A DNA stretch of 64,000 nucleotides from positions 2,710,539 to 2,774,538 of the forward strand of contig OZ241329.1 in assembly GCA_965199825.1 (NCBI GenBank), in the 5' to 3' direction. The notes beneath the pieces were generated by a model, which was not told the origin of the DNA, did no database searches, and worked only from the letters and a program-made list of their open reading frames with translations. The DNA comes from Bdellovibrionales bacterium (GTDB taxonomy: Bacteria > Bdellovibrionota > Bdellovibrionia > Bdellovibrionales > UBA1609). Positions within the stretch are counted from its first letter, which is position 1; each line of letters starts with the position of its first letter. The position numbers and the translations under genes were made by a program. Below, in pieces: positions 35,468 through 45,445 of the stretch.

Positions 35468-36822
35468 TAGTTTATAGCAGTCGTACCGAGAGCGAAGTCC
35501 AAGGTTCGCTTCTCAAGTTCATAAGTGATCAGCGCTTGGGCATAAGCCGCCTCGGCAGAAACAAGCGCTGATTGTGCAATCGCAAGATCTAAAAAATTAA
35601 AAGAACCCACCTCATAGCGCCCCTGACTGACCTCATAGGCTTTACGAGCTGCAATCACACCCTTGTTAGCCGAAATCATTTTTTGAATTGCAGCTTCAAG
35701 ATCATTCACAGTTTGTTTTACTTCACCGACCACTTGATGATGGGAATCAAGAAAATCGATTTCTGATTTTTGGGCCTGCGCTCGCGCATGGGCGATCTTT
35801 GATCCGGTGAGATAACGATCAAATATATTCCAGGTTAAAACCATTCCATAAGTGGAGTTGGTTTGGTGACGCAATTGATTGTCTAAAGGCTCTTGCGATC
35901 CCAAAGGAACATTGGCGCCATTGATATTGAGTGAATCAATCCAACGGGCGTTGGCCCCGTAGGTGGCAAGAAAATCTAATTTTGGAAACCAACTGCTTCT
36001 TGCCGCAACCGTATCCCATTTGAGCCCTTGGCTTGTTGATCTTGCCGCCTGATAATCTCTACGGTGATTGAGAGCTTCGGCAATTAATGTTTTTTGATCC
36101 GAAATTTTTGTGAGTGCTAACTTGGCTTTTTCGACCTCGGTTTCAAGCGGAGGTTCAACCAAATTGTAGTCTTCGCTTGGGTCAATCCGAAGGCGTCGCA
36201 GGAGAGCAATCAAATCGGTCTTTTGTTTATTTTGCGAATCGATTGCAAAGGTCTCATCCGCACTTGTTTGGGCTTGTTGGCGAAAAAGATCGGAAAGATT
36301 TCGGATTCCCACTTTGGTTTGCTCGGATAATAGGCGCTCGCGGTCTTGCGACACTTTTAGATTTTTTTCGGCAATCAATATCAATTTTTGATCGAGAATA
36401 ACTTGTAAAAAAGCTTGGGCCACATCTAAAGAGATCTGTTGCTTTGCTCTTTGAAGCGAATTTTCGGCGGCATCTCTTTTATTTATTGCTGATCTAAAAG
36501 AGGCAATGTCATTAAGGCCGTTAAATATATTTAAGGTCGTTGCTACCTGATAACTTGGACCGTAGTTTGAACCGTGAACTAAGGTAGGAGTTGTGGTTGT
36601 ATAAAGCGTTGTTCCTTGATTGGCAGAATAATTTCCTGTGGCAGTGAGGTTTGGTAAAAATTGAAAATAACTTTGCAAAAGATCCGTACCGCTGACTTCA
36701 CGGTCGGCTTGGCTTTTTAAAACAGATGTCGAATTGTTTAAGGCTGAACGAATGCTCTGATCGATGGTTAAGCTTTTTGGCTCAGCAAATGCGTTAAGTA
36801 CAAATACGAAAACACCAATCAT
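35464..36822 (-). CDS. TolC-family outer-membrane efflux protein
   Basis: Two repeated OEP halves. The gene is translationally coupled (4-nt overlap) to the MFP gene. Confidence 0.8.
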   Translation of the reverse strand: MIGVFVFVLNAFAEPKSLTIDQSIRSALNNSTSVLKSQADREVSGTDLLQSYFQFLPNLTATGNYSANQGTTLYTTTTPTLVHGSNYGPSYQVATTLNIFNGLNDIASFRSAINKRDAAENSLQRAKQQISLDVAQAFLQVILDQKLILIAEKNLKVSQDRERLLSEQTKVGIRNLSDLFRQQAQTSADETFAIDSQNKQKTDLIALLRRLRIDPSEDYNLVEPPLETEVEKAKLALTKISDQKTLIAEALNHRRDYQAARSTSQGLKWDTVAARSSWFPKLDFLATYGANARWIDSLNINGANVPLGSQEPLDNQLRHQTNSTYGMVLTWNIFDRYLTGSKIAHARAQAQKSEIDFLDSHHQVVGEVKQTVNDLEAAIQKMISANKGVIAARKAYEVSQGRYEVGSFNFLDLAIAQSALVSAEAAYAQALITYELEKRTLDFALGTTAINY

Positions 36823-38012
36823 TTTTTAGCTCCCGGTGCTTGCCCCATGATTTGAATCTTGCCATGATTTTTGACCGATCCACCAAGATTCAAAGCCACA
36901 TTCATTCCTGGTTTTAAACCAGTAGCCACCCGAATCTTTTGGCCATCATTATCGAGAACACGCACATCAATTAAATCCACAGTGCTGTCTTCGCCAACCA
37001 CTCCAACCATGGTCTTACCTTCGCGTAAAACCACTGCTTCACTTGGAACTTCAAATCCAGGAGCCGCCACCGCATGAATCGTCACTTGAACCAAACTTCC
37101 TGGAAGGATTTTTTTATCTTTATTATCAAGATCGATTTCGGTCAGAAGCATTCTGGTTTTTTCATCCAGTGCGCCCGAGAGTCTTGTGACGTGGCCCGCA
37201 AAAACTTCATCCGGGCGCTCACTCAAAGTCACTTCTGCAACCGCTCCTTTGTCCACAGCTGAGGCATCTCGCTGATCGAGATAGGCGTAAACTCTGAGCT
37301 CATTGACTTGTGAAATCGACAATACCGGAAGCGCACTGGTTTGTGATCCCGTTGCATTTTGCATTAAGGCTCCGGGATCGGCAAATCGCTGGGTGATTGT
37401 TCCGGCAAAAGGAGCTCTTAAAGTCTCATAGGATTTTAAAACTTCTTGGGATTCAAGATGGGCCGAGGCGACTTCGCTGTCGGAGGCGGCCTGATCAGCT
37501 TCTTGTTGCGAGACTAAACTGCGCTGAAATAATTTTTGTATACGATCGGCAATCGCTTTTTTATTTCGGGCTTCGCTGAGTGCCGCATTGTAGGCTTTAT
37601 CGGTTTCGGGAGATTCGATAATTGCGAGCATCTGACCTTTTTTGACCACGTCTCCTTTATCGACCAAAACTTTTTTTAAATACCCACTCACTTTTGCATA
37701 AAGGGTTACCGAGGCAAAGGGGCGTGCCTCCCCGGTGAGTTTGACCGATCGGTCCGCTGGAGTTTCGATCACCTTTGCAATCTGTACTTTTGGTCCTTTT
37801 GCTAACTCGATTTCTCTTGCATGCTCCTCATATCTTTCGCTCAAAAATCGATAGGTCGTCATCACCACAACAATCAATAAGGCAATCCCGATTATTCGTC
37901 GTGCTGACTTTTGCATTTCGGGCGGAGCTGCTTTGTAGGAGCTGACTAACGAATGTGTTGCACTCCGAAACTGAGAAGAAAGTGTTGATAAAAGGGATTT
38001 GAGAAATTTCAT
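36819..38012 (-). CDS. RND efflux periplasmic adaptor (membrane fusion protein)
   Basis: N-terminal TM anchor, a lipoyl/beta-barrel pattern (VSGYLKKVLVDKGDVVKKGQMLAIIESPE), and overlaps with both neighbouring genes. Confidence 0.85.
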   Translation of the reverse strand: MKFLKSLLSTLSSQFRSATHSLVSSYKAAPPEMQKSARRIIGIALLIVVVMTTYRFLSERYEEHAREIELAKGPKVQIAKVIETPADRSVKLTGEARPFASVTLYAKVSGYLKKVLVDKGDVVKKGQMLAIIESPETDKAYNAALSEARNKKAIADRIQKLFQRSLVSQQEADQAASDSEVASAHLESQEVLKSYETLRAPFAGTITQRFADPGALMQNATGSQTSALPVLSISQVNELRVYAYLDQRDASAVDKGAVAEVTLSERPDEVFAGHVTRLSGALDEKTRMLLTEIDLDNKDKKILPGSLVQVTIHAVAAPGFEVPSEAVVLREGKTMVGVVGEDSTVDLIDVRVLDNDGQKIRVATGLKPGMNVALNLGGSVKNHGKIQIMGQAPGAKK

Positions 38013-41000
38013 ATGGTCAGTCCTTCTTCTTCAGCTTTAAGTTTTTGATCGAGTTGGTGTTTGGTTGGCATTTCTATTCTTAACAGTGAGTAAATCACAG
38101 GGACCACAATCAAAGTCACAAATGTGGCAACGATCAATCCCCCGATAACAGCTCTTCCAAGCGGCGCATTTTGCTCACCCCCTTCGCCAAGGGCTAATGC
38201 CGCAGGAAGCATTCCAAGAATCATCGCGATCGCTGTCATAAGAATAGGTCTGAGCCGAGTCGCCCCAGCCTCAAGGGCTGCCGCAATCGCCGAAAGCCCT
38301 TTTTCCACTCGCAATTCGTTGGCAAAGCTCACCATCAAAATTGAATTTGAAGAAGCAATACCCACCGCCATGATCGATCCCATAAAAGAAGACACATTAA
38401 TTGTTGTTCCGGTAAACAAGAGCATCCAAAGAATGCCCATCATTGCGCCAGGAACCGCCACCAAAACAATAAATGGATCTAGCCAGGATTGAAAAAGAAC
38501 AACCATCAACAGGTAAACAAGAAATATTGCAACGATCAATCCCCCACCAAGACTCGAAAAAGAATCTAGCATCACCTCGCCTTGTCCACGAACATTGATG
38601 GATGTGCCCATAGGAAGTGGCCCTAAACTTTTAATTGCAGCATTGATTCGTTTGCTAACAGATCCAAGATCACTGCCTTCTACATTGGCTAAGATATCCA
38701 AAACTCTTTGCACATTATTGTGACTAATCGAACTCATTCCAGAAGCGGTTTGCATTGTGGCCAAATTTCCAAGGCGCTGAGTTTGCGATTGTGGAGTTTG
38801 ACCCAGAGTGACGCTCGAAGAATCGTTAAATCGCGACCCCGACACGGGAGTGGTTAAAAGATCATTCACACTGGTTAATTTTTTAAGCGGGACTTTGATT
38901 GCGACAGAATAGTTCACATTGTTTGTTGGATTTAAAAAAAAGCTTGGTGCAACCGTCGTGCTGCCAGAAAGTGCAATCAGCATACTGTTGGCGACATCTT
39001 GTTGGGTCACACCCATTTGGGCTGCGCGAATGCGGTCCACATCCATTTTTAAAATTGGTGTATCAAACACTTGTTTTAATACCACATCGGCAAGGCCCGG
39101 AATCGCCTTCATCTTTGCAATTAAGGTTTGTGCCACATCTAAACTATTTTTGATGTTCGATCCTTGGATTTGAACATCCACGGGAGCGCTCAATCCAAAG
39201 TTTAAAACCTGACTAATAATATCTGCCGGTTGAAAATTGATGCTCGCACCAGGAAAATTATCATTCAGAAGTGTGCGGATTTTTGTGATGTATTGAGCGG
39301 TTGGCTTATGATCTTCGGTGAGCGCCACAAAAATCTCGGCATCCGCACCATTGACATTGTCGGTCGGTACAAAGGCAAGATTGTAAAACACGGGAACACC
39401 GATTGCGGCATTGATCGTCTTGATTTCTTGTTTGGGAATCACATCGCGAATATGCTCTTCAACCCGCGCGATCAACTTTTCGGTCTCTTCAATACGGGTC
39501 CCAGCTGGCGCACGAAAGTGAATCTTCATCAATCCGGCGTCACTGACCGGAAAGAAGTCCATTCCCACCACAAATAAAGTCATCAGTGTAATTAAAAAAA
39601 CACCCAGCGCACTCCACAAAACAAATGCCCGATGGGAAAGGCACAATTTTAAAATGGAAGTGTAGCGCTCTTCGAGTTTTTTAAAATTTGCCGAAAATCG
39701 TGGAAAGGGCTCGTGGTTGGCATCATGATTTTCATGCTCTAAAAGCATCCTTGATAAAAGAGGCACCAAGGTTCGCGAAAGCACATAAGACGCCATCATC
39801 GAGAGCACCACGGAGAGTGCAAGTGGGGTAAACAAAAAACGTGCAGGCCCACGAATCAACACCACCGGAAAAAACACCACACAGATGGCAAGGGTTGCCA
39901 TAATTGCGGGTAAAGCAATTTGTGAAGCACCCGTAAGGATCGCCTGGGTCAATGGTAAACCGAGCATTCGGTTGCGATGGATATTTTCGACTTCAACCGT
40001 GGCATCATCAACGAGCATTCCAATTGCGAGCGACAAGCCCCCAAGTGTCATGATGTTGATTGAATTGCCAGTGAGTTTAAGCCCAATGATTGCTGAGAGA
40101 ATCGCAAGCGGAATACTGGTGCAAACCACAATCACATTTCGCCAACTGCCCAAAAAAAGTAAAATCATCAGAGAAACAAGAATCGAAGAGATGACCGCTT
40201 CGTGCAAAACACTCGCAATTGCCGAACGCACAAACACCGATTGATCAAAATCCAAATTGAGCTTCATTCCAGGAGGAGCTGTAGCTTGAATCTGGGGCAA
40301 GGCCTCTTTGGTCGCATCAACAACCGATAATGTTGAAGCATCCGATTTTTTTAAAATATTAAGATATGTGGATCGATGCCCGTTGATACGAACAATATTT
40401 GTTTGATCAGCAAAACCATCGCTCACCTTTGCAACGTCTCCAACCGAGATGATTTGACGTCCCCGCGCTGAGATCGGAATTTGCTCGAACTCTTCGACTT
40501 TTTTTGGGCTCGAATTGAGCGCCACATCATATTCAAAAGATCCAATCCGAGCAGTCCCTGCCGGAATAATAATATTACTCGATTGCACAGCCGACACCAC
40601 ATCGTAAGGAGATAATCCTTTGCTCGACAAAACGTCGGGATCTATTTCGATATTTACTAATCGACTTTTACCTCCGTAAGGTGCCGGAGTCGCAAGCCCT
40701 GGAATGGTAAAGAGCTTTATCCGAATAAAATTAAGACCGTAATCAAACAATTTTTCTTCTGGAATGGTATCGCTTGAAATTGTGATCTGAGAGACCGGCA
40801 CATTTGAGGCATTGTACTGAATGATAGCCGGTGCGGTAATTCCAGGTGGCATTGATCTGAGCGACGTGGCCGAAGTCGCAGAAATTTGAGCAATCGCCCC
40901 GCCGATATCTGATCCGGGTTGAAAGTAAATTCTTAAAACTCCCACGCCAGGGATCGATGTCGATTCGATTTTTGAAACACCGTTAACAGTTGTGGTGATT

Positions 41001-41209
41001 CCGCGCTCACTAAAAAGAGTCACTCGACTTTCGATATCTTGTGCAGAAAGACCAGGGTAATTCCATACTACGCCCACCACCGGAATATCGATCAATGGAA
41101 AGATATCTACGAGCATGGTTTTTAGACTTAAAAACCCCCCCAGCATAATCAAAAGCGAAAACACAGCAATGGTAAAGGGCCGGCGTAAAGCGAGTCGTAC
41201 GATCCACAT
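38009..41209 (-). CDS. RND efflux permease (AcrB/AcrD/AcrF family)
   Basis: 1066 aa with 12-TM RND architecture and conserved segments (GLSLAIGMLVDDATVEVENI; AALEAGATRLRPILMTA). Confidence 0.9.
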   Translation of the reverse strand: MWIVRLALRRPFTIAVFSLLIMLGGFLSLKTMLVDIFPLIDIPVVGVVWNYPGLSAQDIESRVTLFSERGITTTVNGVSKIESTSIPGVGVLRIYFQPGSDIGGAIAQISATSATSLRSMPPGITAPAIIQYNASNVPVSQITISSDTIPEEKLFDYGLNFIRIKLFTIPGLATPAPYGGKSRLVNIEIDPDVLSSKGLSPYDVVSAVQSSNIIIPAGTARIGSFEYDVALNSSPKKVEEFEQIPISARGRQIISVGDVAKVSDGFADQTNIVRINGHRSTYLNILKKSDASTLSVVDATKEALPQIQATAPPGMKLNLDFDQSVFVRSAIASVLHEAVISSILVSLMILLFLGSWRNVIVVCTSIPLAILSAIIGLKLTGNSINIMTLGGLSLAIGMLVDDATVEVENIHRNRMLGLPLTQAILTGASQIALPAIMATLAICVVFFPVVLIRGPARFLFTPLALSVVLSMMASYVLSRTLVPLLSRMLLEHENHDANHEPFPRFSANFKKLEERYTSILKLCLSHRAFVLWSALGVFLITLMTLFVVGMDFFPVSDAGLMKIHFRAPAGTRIEETEKLIARVEEHIRDVIPKQEIKTINAAIGVPVFYNLAFVPTDNVNGADAEIFVALTEDHKPTAQYITKIRTLLNDNFPGASINFQPADIISQVLNFGLSAPVDVQIQGSNIKNSLDVAQTLIAKMKAIPGLADVVLKQVFDTPILKMDVDRIRAAQMGVTQQDVANSMLIALSGSTTVAPSFFLNPTNNVNYSVAIKVPLKKLTSVNDLLTTPVSGSRFNDSSSVTLGQTPQSQTQRLGNLATMQTASGMSSISHNNVQRVLDILANVEGSDLGSVSKRINAAIKSLGPLPMGTSINVRGQGEVMLDSFSSLGGGLIVAIFLVYLLMVVLFQSWLDPFIVLVAVPGAMMGILWMLLFTGTTINVSSFMGSIMAVGIASSNSILMVSFANELRVEKGLSAIAAALEAGATRLRPILMTAIAMILGMLPAALALGEGGEQNAPLGRAVIGGLIVATFVTLIVVPVIYSLLRIEMPTKHQLDQKLKAEEEGLTI

Positions 41210-41221
41210 TCGAAATGACCT

Positions 41222-41809
41222 CTAAGTTGTAATGACTTCGACAAATAGGTTTAAAGTTTTTAGCATTTGGGTTTCGGTTTTTTCTATCCGCGATAAAATC
41301 GTTAATCCATAAAGTAAACCCACCAAAGTTTTTGCTAAATCAATAGCCGAGTGGAGTGCTTTAAACTCGCCGCGCGCCTGACCCCACTGAATCAAACGAT
41401 GCAAAAGATCTTCGAGTTGTTTTTTATTTTCGAGCACCAAGCGCGCCACTAAGCCATTCGATTTTTTAAGAGTCGCTGCGGTTTGGGCCATAAAGCAGCC
41501 TGAGGGGAATTTTTGCTTTGGTCCTTGATAAATAAATTGATGAAAATAGAACTTCAGAATCTGGCCCGCGGGCCGGTCCCGAAGACTAAGGGTTTCAACT
41601 CTTTTGTTTTTAAAAGTTTTGTCATAGCAACTGATAGCTTCCATAAATAGTTTTTGCTTACTTTTAAAAGCCTGATAAAAACTTGAATTTTTGATTTTAA
41701 TTTCTAAAAGCAAATCTTCTAAGCTTGTTCCATCAAAGCCCTTGAGCCAAAAAAGGCGCATTGCTTTATACACAGCTTGATCTCGATCGAAATTTCTTGG
41801 CCGCCCCAT
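41222..41809 (-). CDS. TetR/AcrR family transcriptional regulator
   Basis: N-terminal HTH (AMRLFWLKGFDGTSLEDLLLEIKIKNSSFYQAFKSK). It is the first gene of the efflux operon. Confidence 0.85.
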   Translation of the reverse strand: MGRPRNFDRDQAVYKAMRLFWLKGFDGTSLEDLLLEIKIKNSSFYQAFKSKQKLFMEAISCYDKTFKNKRVETLSLRDRPAGQILKFYFHQFIYQGPKQKFPSGCFMAQTAATLKKSNGLVARLVLENKKQLEDLLHRLIQWGQARGEFKALHSAIDLAKTLVGLLYGLTILSRIEKTETQMLKTLNLFVEVITT

Positions 41810-41834
41810 CGTTTAAAATCGTACGTGAGGATTG

Positions 41835-41850
41835 TGGAGAGATCACTCCA
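41835..41850. promoter_or_regulatory. Candidate TetR operator palindrome
   Basis: TGGAGAGATCACTCCA is symmetric at 14 of 16 positions and lies 26-41 nt upstream of the tetR start. Confidence 0.4.
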
Positions 41851-42118
41851 AAATGTTGGGGGAAAATCGTGGTCTAGACAAAAGTTCTGCGAAGTGGGTC
41901 CTTTGATTGTTTGCGCCGGATTCGAGGCTCAGGTCCGCAGCGCGCCGGCTTTTAAGCGCCCCTAGAGCCTTAAAGGCTTTGGGGTGACAAAAACCGGCGT
42001 GGCTTTTTACTTATTTTTAAAGCCAAAAGCGCCATCGCAAGGCTTAAAGCATTTAGGGCCGGCATTGGGATTGGAAGTAAAAAGTCGGTCGCACTGAATT
42101 TTGATTTAGTGAAACCAA

Positions 42119-43591
42119 ATGGTTGTTGTCAGTCGAGGATGGTTGACAGTGAAAAAATGGATTTTTCTTTTAATTGCTATTGTTTTGCCACTAACTGATG
42201 CGTGGGCTGGCTATACGCCTGGCAAGAGCAAAGAGGCTGATACGTTTCAAGCATCATTGCGGCTTGAGGCGATCAACATCTTAAAAATTCGAAAGAATTA
42301 TTTCGAGATGATCTTGCGTTGTTATAAAGACAATTGCGCGCAACCAGAGAATACCGACTTTGAGGACTTCAAAAACAATCTGCCATTTATGATTACCTCA
42401 TTTCGTAAGGGTGTTGCTCTTAGTAATTTAGAATCCTTTACCTCCACCACCCAAACCGGCGCATTTTTGAAAACTGGATATTACGGCACGGGTCCAAAAC
42501 AAATTCAGCTTCCTGGCTCGCCTCCCCCACCACCAATGATTTTTGATGATGAGCAAGAGCGCGATACAATTGTAAAAGGCTTTGCGTACCGTGATCGTTT
42601 TGCGATGGAAACCAAGTGGCAAAAAGAAGAGCGCTTAAAGTATGAACCCAATGATCCATTTTTGAGTCGCTTTCATGATGCCTTTGCCGAAACCACCGCA
42701 GACGAAGCTAAGCAATATTACACCTTATGGTTTAATGAATGGCTGAAGCGATTTACCTTTTTGGCTTATATTCCGCACTTGCATCCTTCAAACGAGGAAG
42801 TGAGCTCGGCGCTTCAAGTTGTGGTCAAAAAAATGACCGAATTTATTCGTGATCTTCCTGATCCAGACAAAGTGGATATCGCACGAGTTATTTATTTTGA
42901 TGGTGCGCTCGAACGGGTTCGAGCAAAACATCCAGAGCTCAACACCTACATTACAAAACAACTGACTGATGCTCCTAAAGATACATTTGTGTTTTATGAT
43001 TGGCTTAAAGGCCAAGCCACAATCCCAGCTGGCGCTTTTGCGGCCTGCGGAGTGATGGCATTGATTGTTAAACGATGGAATCCTATCTGTTCTGCGGCAT
43101 CATTGGTTTATACCGCATCATCGATTTGGGACACATGGAATGATTTTCGTGAGCGCACCGATGATTTCGTAGTGGGCGTTGGAGATTACTCCCGCATCCA
43201 AAAAGGTGTTTGGAAAATCATTTATACTGCGGTTGCCACAACATTGGTGATTAAAGGAACACTCACTTCGATTGCTGCAATCGAGGCAAGACCTTCTGCG
43301 ATGTCGCTGGCTTTAAAGGAAACAAGAGAAAAAATTCGCGATCGCAAAGAGTGGCAAAAGGCCATTTCTGAATACATCAAAAGCTTTACGAAAGGTGCGG
43401 TGAAATCACTCCCCTTACAAGTGGCCCTTACCGCTGGCAAAACTACAAGCGCCTTTGTTGTTGGAAAAGAATTGATGAGACACGGATCAACTCGTGATTT
43501 GGTGAGTAAATCAAAAGATACCCAAGGATTTTTTGTTTCTTATGCTGATGTGCTTGAAGCAGCCAAAAATTTTAGTGATCAATTGCGCTAA
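42119..43591 (+). CDS. Hypothetical membrane protein
   Basis: Signal/anchor KKWIFLLIAIVLPLTDAWA, a PPPPP linker and C-terminal TM helices. No motif recognised. Confidence 0.55.
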   Translation: MVVVSRGWLTVKKWIFLLIAIVLPLTDAWAGYTPGKSKEADTFQASLRLEAINILKIRKNYFEMILRCYKDNCAQPENTDFEDFKNNLPFMITSFRKGVALSNLESFTSTTQTGAFLKTGYYGTGPKQIQLPGSPPPPPMIFDDEQERDTIVKGFAYRDRFAMETKWQKEERLKYEPNDPFLSRFHDAFAETTADEAKQYYTLWFNEWLKRFTFLAYIPHLHPSNEEVSSALQVVVKKMTEFIRDLPDPDKVDIARVIYFDGALERVRAKHPELNTYITKQLTDAPKDTFVFYDWLKGQATIPAGAFAACGVMALIVKRWNPICSAASLVYTASSIWDTWNDFRERTDDFVVGVGDYSRIQKGVWKIIYTAVATTLVIKGTLTSIAAIEARPSAMSLALKETREKIRDRKEWQKAISEYIKSFTKGAVKSLPLQVALTAGKTTSAFVVGKELMRHGSTRDLVSKSKDTQGFFVSYADVLEAAKNFSDQLR

Positions 43592-44020
43592 TTACCAGCC
43601 AGATGTGGCGGGATGTTTTTCGCCACGAAAATGAATTTCAAGATCGGGCGAGTTGGGAATTTTAAAAGTTCCATCGCCTGTGATCTCTTGATCGCTGTTT
43701 TTGATTTTGATTGGCGCCTCAACAATTTCTGTTTTGTCACCCTTATTCAATTGGCCTGCGAATGAGAATAATCCTTCGGCCGTTTTTGCAATGTGATCAA
43801 AATTCAATCGCGACTCCGATTTTTCACCGCTCGCCACATTCAAGTTGGCTTTGAGGATCTCTTCACCCTGCATTTGAATTTGACCCGAACTGATGGGCAG
43901 ATCCTCACCTTGGCCCGTAACATGAGCCGAGCCCGTTAAAGGAAAATTTTGGACCGGCGCCGGCACCCACTGCGGCTTTGCTTGAGCGATCATCATCACC
44001 ACTAAAAAGTGCTTCATCAT
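43592..44020 (-). CDS. Hypothetical exported protein
   Basis: MMKHFLVVMMIAQA signal peptide. The start abuts or overlaps the stop of the GT2 gene. Confidence 0.5.
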   Translation of the reverse strand: MMKHFLVVMMIAQAKPQWVPAPVQNFPLTGSAHVTGQGEDLPISSGQIQMQGEEILKANLNVASGEKSESRLNFDHIAKTAEGLFSFAGQLNKGDKTEIVEAPIKIKNSDQEITGDGTFKIPNSPDLEIHFRGEKHPATSGW

Positions 44021-44742
44021 TGCTGTTCCTTTTCCCATTTTTTAGACCACTTTAAAAAAACCGAATAGCCCGCACTGACCGAGATAATCAATCCGGGAAG
44101 CCCGTCTAAAAATCCGAGTTTCCAAAAGTAGGTTTCAAAAAATTTTGAGATTGGTTTTACAATTAATTTGAAAACCGAAAATGATTTTAAATTTTGAGAC
44201 AATAAGGAGCTGTAGCGATTGTTGGTTTCTACTTGGTGGGCAATATCGCGAAACACATAGTGATCAATCGGATTTTTAAGTCGAAAAACCTGAGGGCTCG
44301 ATACCTTTTCGTGAATTTGCGAATCAGACCAATTGGCTTTTGTGCGATCAAAAAGTCGAAGTTGATAATCGGGATACCATCCTCCGTGACGAATAAAGCG
44401 AGTAAGATAATAAGACTGGCGCGGGCATTCATAAGCCGCAGTGATTGGGCCTGATCTCAAAAGATCCGAAATTTCTTTTTGCAACCCTTTGCTGAGGGCT
44501 TCGTCGGCGTCGAGACATAAAACCGCATCGTATTGAGCAAGCTCGACCGCCCTTTTTTTCTGCGGCCCGAACCCTCGCCATGGCTCCTCAAACACCCGCG
44601 CTTTGAGATTTTTGGCGAGCGCTACCGTGTTATCGCTACTGCCACTATCTAAAACAACGATATCACTTGCAAAGGGCACCGACTCAATACATCGCTTAAG
44701 ATTGTGCTCTTCATTTTTTGTGATTATGACCAGCGATAACAT
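44017..44742 (-). CDS. Family 2 glycosyltransferase (LPS core type)
   Basis: LSLVIITKNEEHNLKRCIES...VLDSGSSD...LDADE motifs. Confidence 0.8.
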   Translation of the reverse strand: MLSLVIITKNEEHNLKRCIESVPFASDIVVLDSGSSDNTVALAKNLKARVFEEPWRGFGPQKKRAVELAQYDAVLCLDADEALSKGLQKEISDLLRSGPITAAYECPRQSYYLTRFIRHGGWYPDYQLRLFDRTKANWSDSQIHEKVSSPQVFRLKNPIDHYVFRDIAHQVETNNRYSSLLSQNLKSFSVFKLIVKPISKFFETYFWKLGFLDGLPGLIISVSAGYSVFLKWSKKWEKEQQ

Positions 44743-44772
44743 TTTAAAACTTTAGCATCGGAGGGATTTGCA

Positions 44773-45396
44773 GTGCGATTTTTATTTTTGATTTTTTTAA
44801 TCAGTCCTTTAGCACAGGCCTATTATTCGGTTTTAGACACGGGCGAGATCTTACAACCCGGTCATTATGACATGAGTCTTGAGGGTGAGTTCGTCACCAA
44901 CAACGGTCGAGGTGCAAACCTTGTGGGGCGGTTTGATGCTCCTTTGAGCGAAGAAACTCAAGTGCGAGCGATGGTTGGCTTCGGAACAACCGACTTTCAT
45001 TTTGGTGCACTTTTTAAATGGATTCCTGTACCCGATCTAAAAAGGCAACCTGCCATTGGACTGATTGCGGGTGGAATTTTCGCAAGAATTACTGATGATC
45101 GCTCATCAAACACCTATCTCACTTTTCGATTGGCTCCGTTGATTTCTAAAACGATTGCGATTTCGGGTGGTGAACTGACACCATTTGCATCACTTCCATT
45201 GGGAATTCGCACCGGCGCAAGTCGTGTCGATGGTCCTGTGCAATTTGCAGTGGGAACCGAGTACAAAACAAATCATCTTGAGAATTTTAAATTTCGGGGT
45301 GAACTTGGGTTTGATCTGAATAACAAATCTTATTCTTATGTGAGTTTGAATGCGATTTTGTTATTTGATGAAGAACACGGAATTGTTTTTAAATAA
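44773..45396 (+). CDS. Hypothetical small beta-barrel-like exported protein
   Basis: GTG start, signal peptide MRFLFLIFLISPLAQA, and an alternating strand pattern. Confidence 0.5.
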   Translation: MRFLFLIFLISPLAQAYYSVLDTGEILQPGHYDMSLEGEFVTNNGRGANLVGRFDAPLSEETQVRAMVGFGTTDFHFGALFKWIPVPDLKRQPAIGLIAGGIFARITDDRSSNTYLTFRLAPLISKTIAISGGELTPFASLPLGIRTGASRVDGPVQFAVGTEYKTNHLENFKFRGELGFDLNNKSYSYVSLNAILLFDEEHGIVFK

Positions 45397-45402
45397 AAAA
45401 AA

Positions 45403-45437
45403 ATCGCGAACTCTTTTATAAAAAAAGAGTTCGCGAT
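45403..45437 (-). terminator. Intrinsic terminator of dnaK
   Basis: 14-bp stem ATCGCGAACTCTTT/AAAGAGTTCGCGAT. On the minus strand it is followed by a run of nine T. Confidence 0.8.
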
Positions 45438-45445
45438 CTTGAAGC

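Noticed and set aside
41900-42070. GC-richer structured segment with recurring GCGCCGG, GGCTTTTAAGCGCC, AGCCTTAAAGGCT and GGCTTAAAGC strings between tetR and the 490-aa gene (candidate sRNA or riboswitch)
   Set aside because: The stems are short (4-6 bp). I could not match the segment to any riboswitch class from memory, and I cannot assess covariation without homologues. It is worth an Rfam or Infernal scan but is not supportable as a feature.
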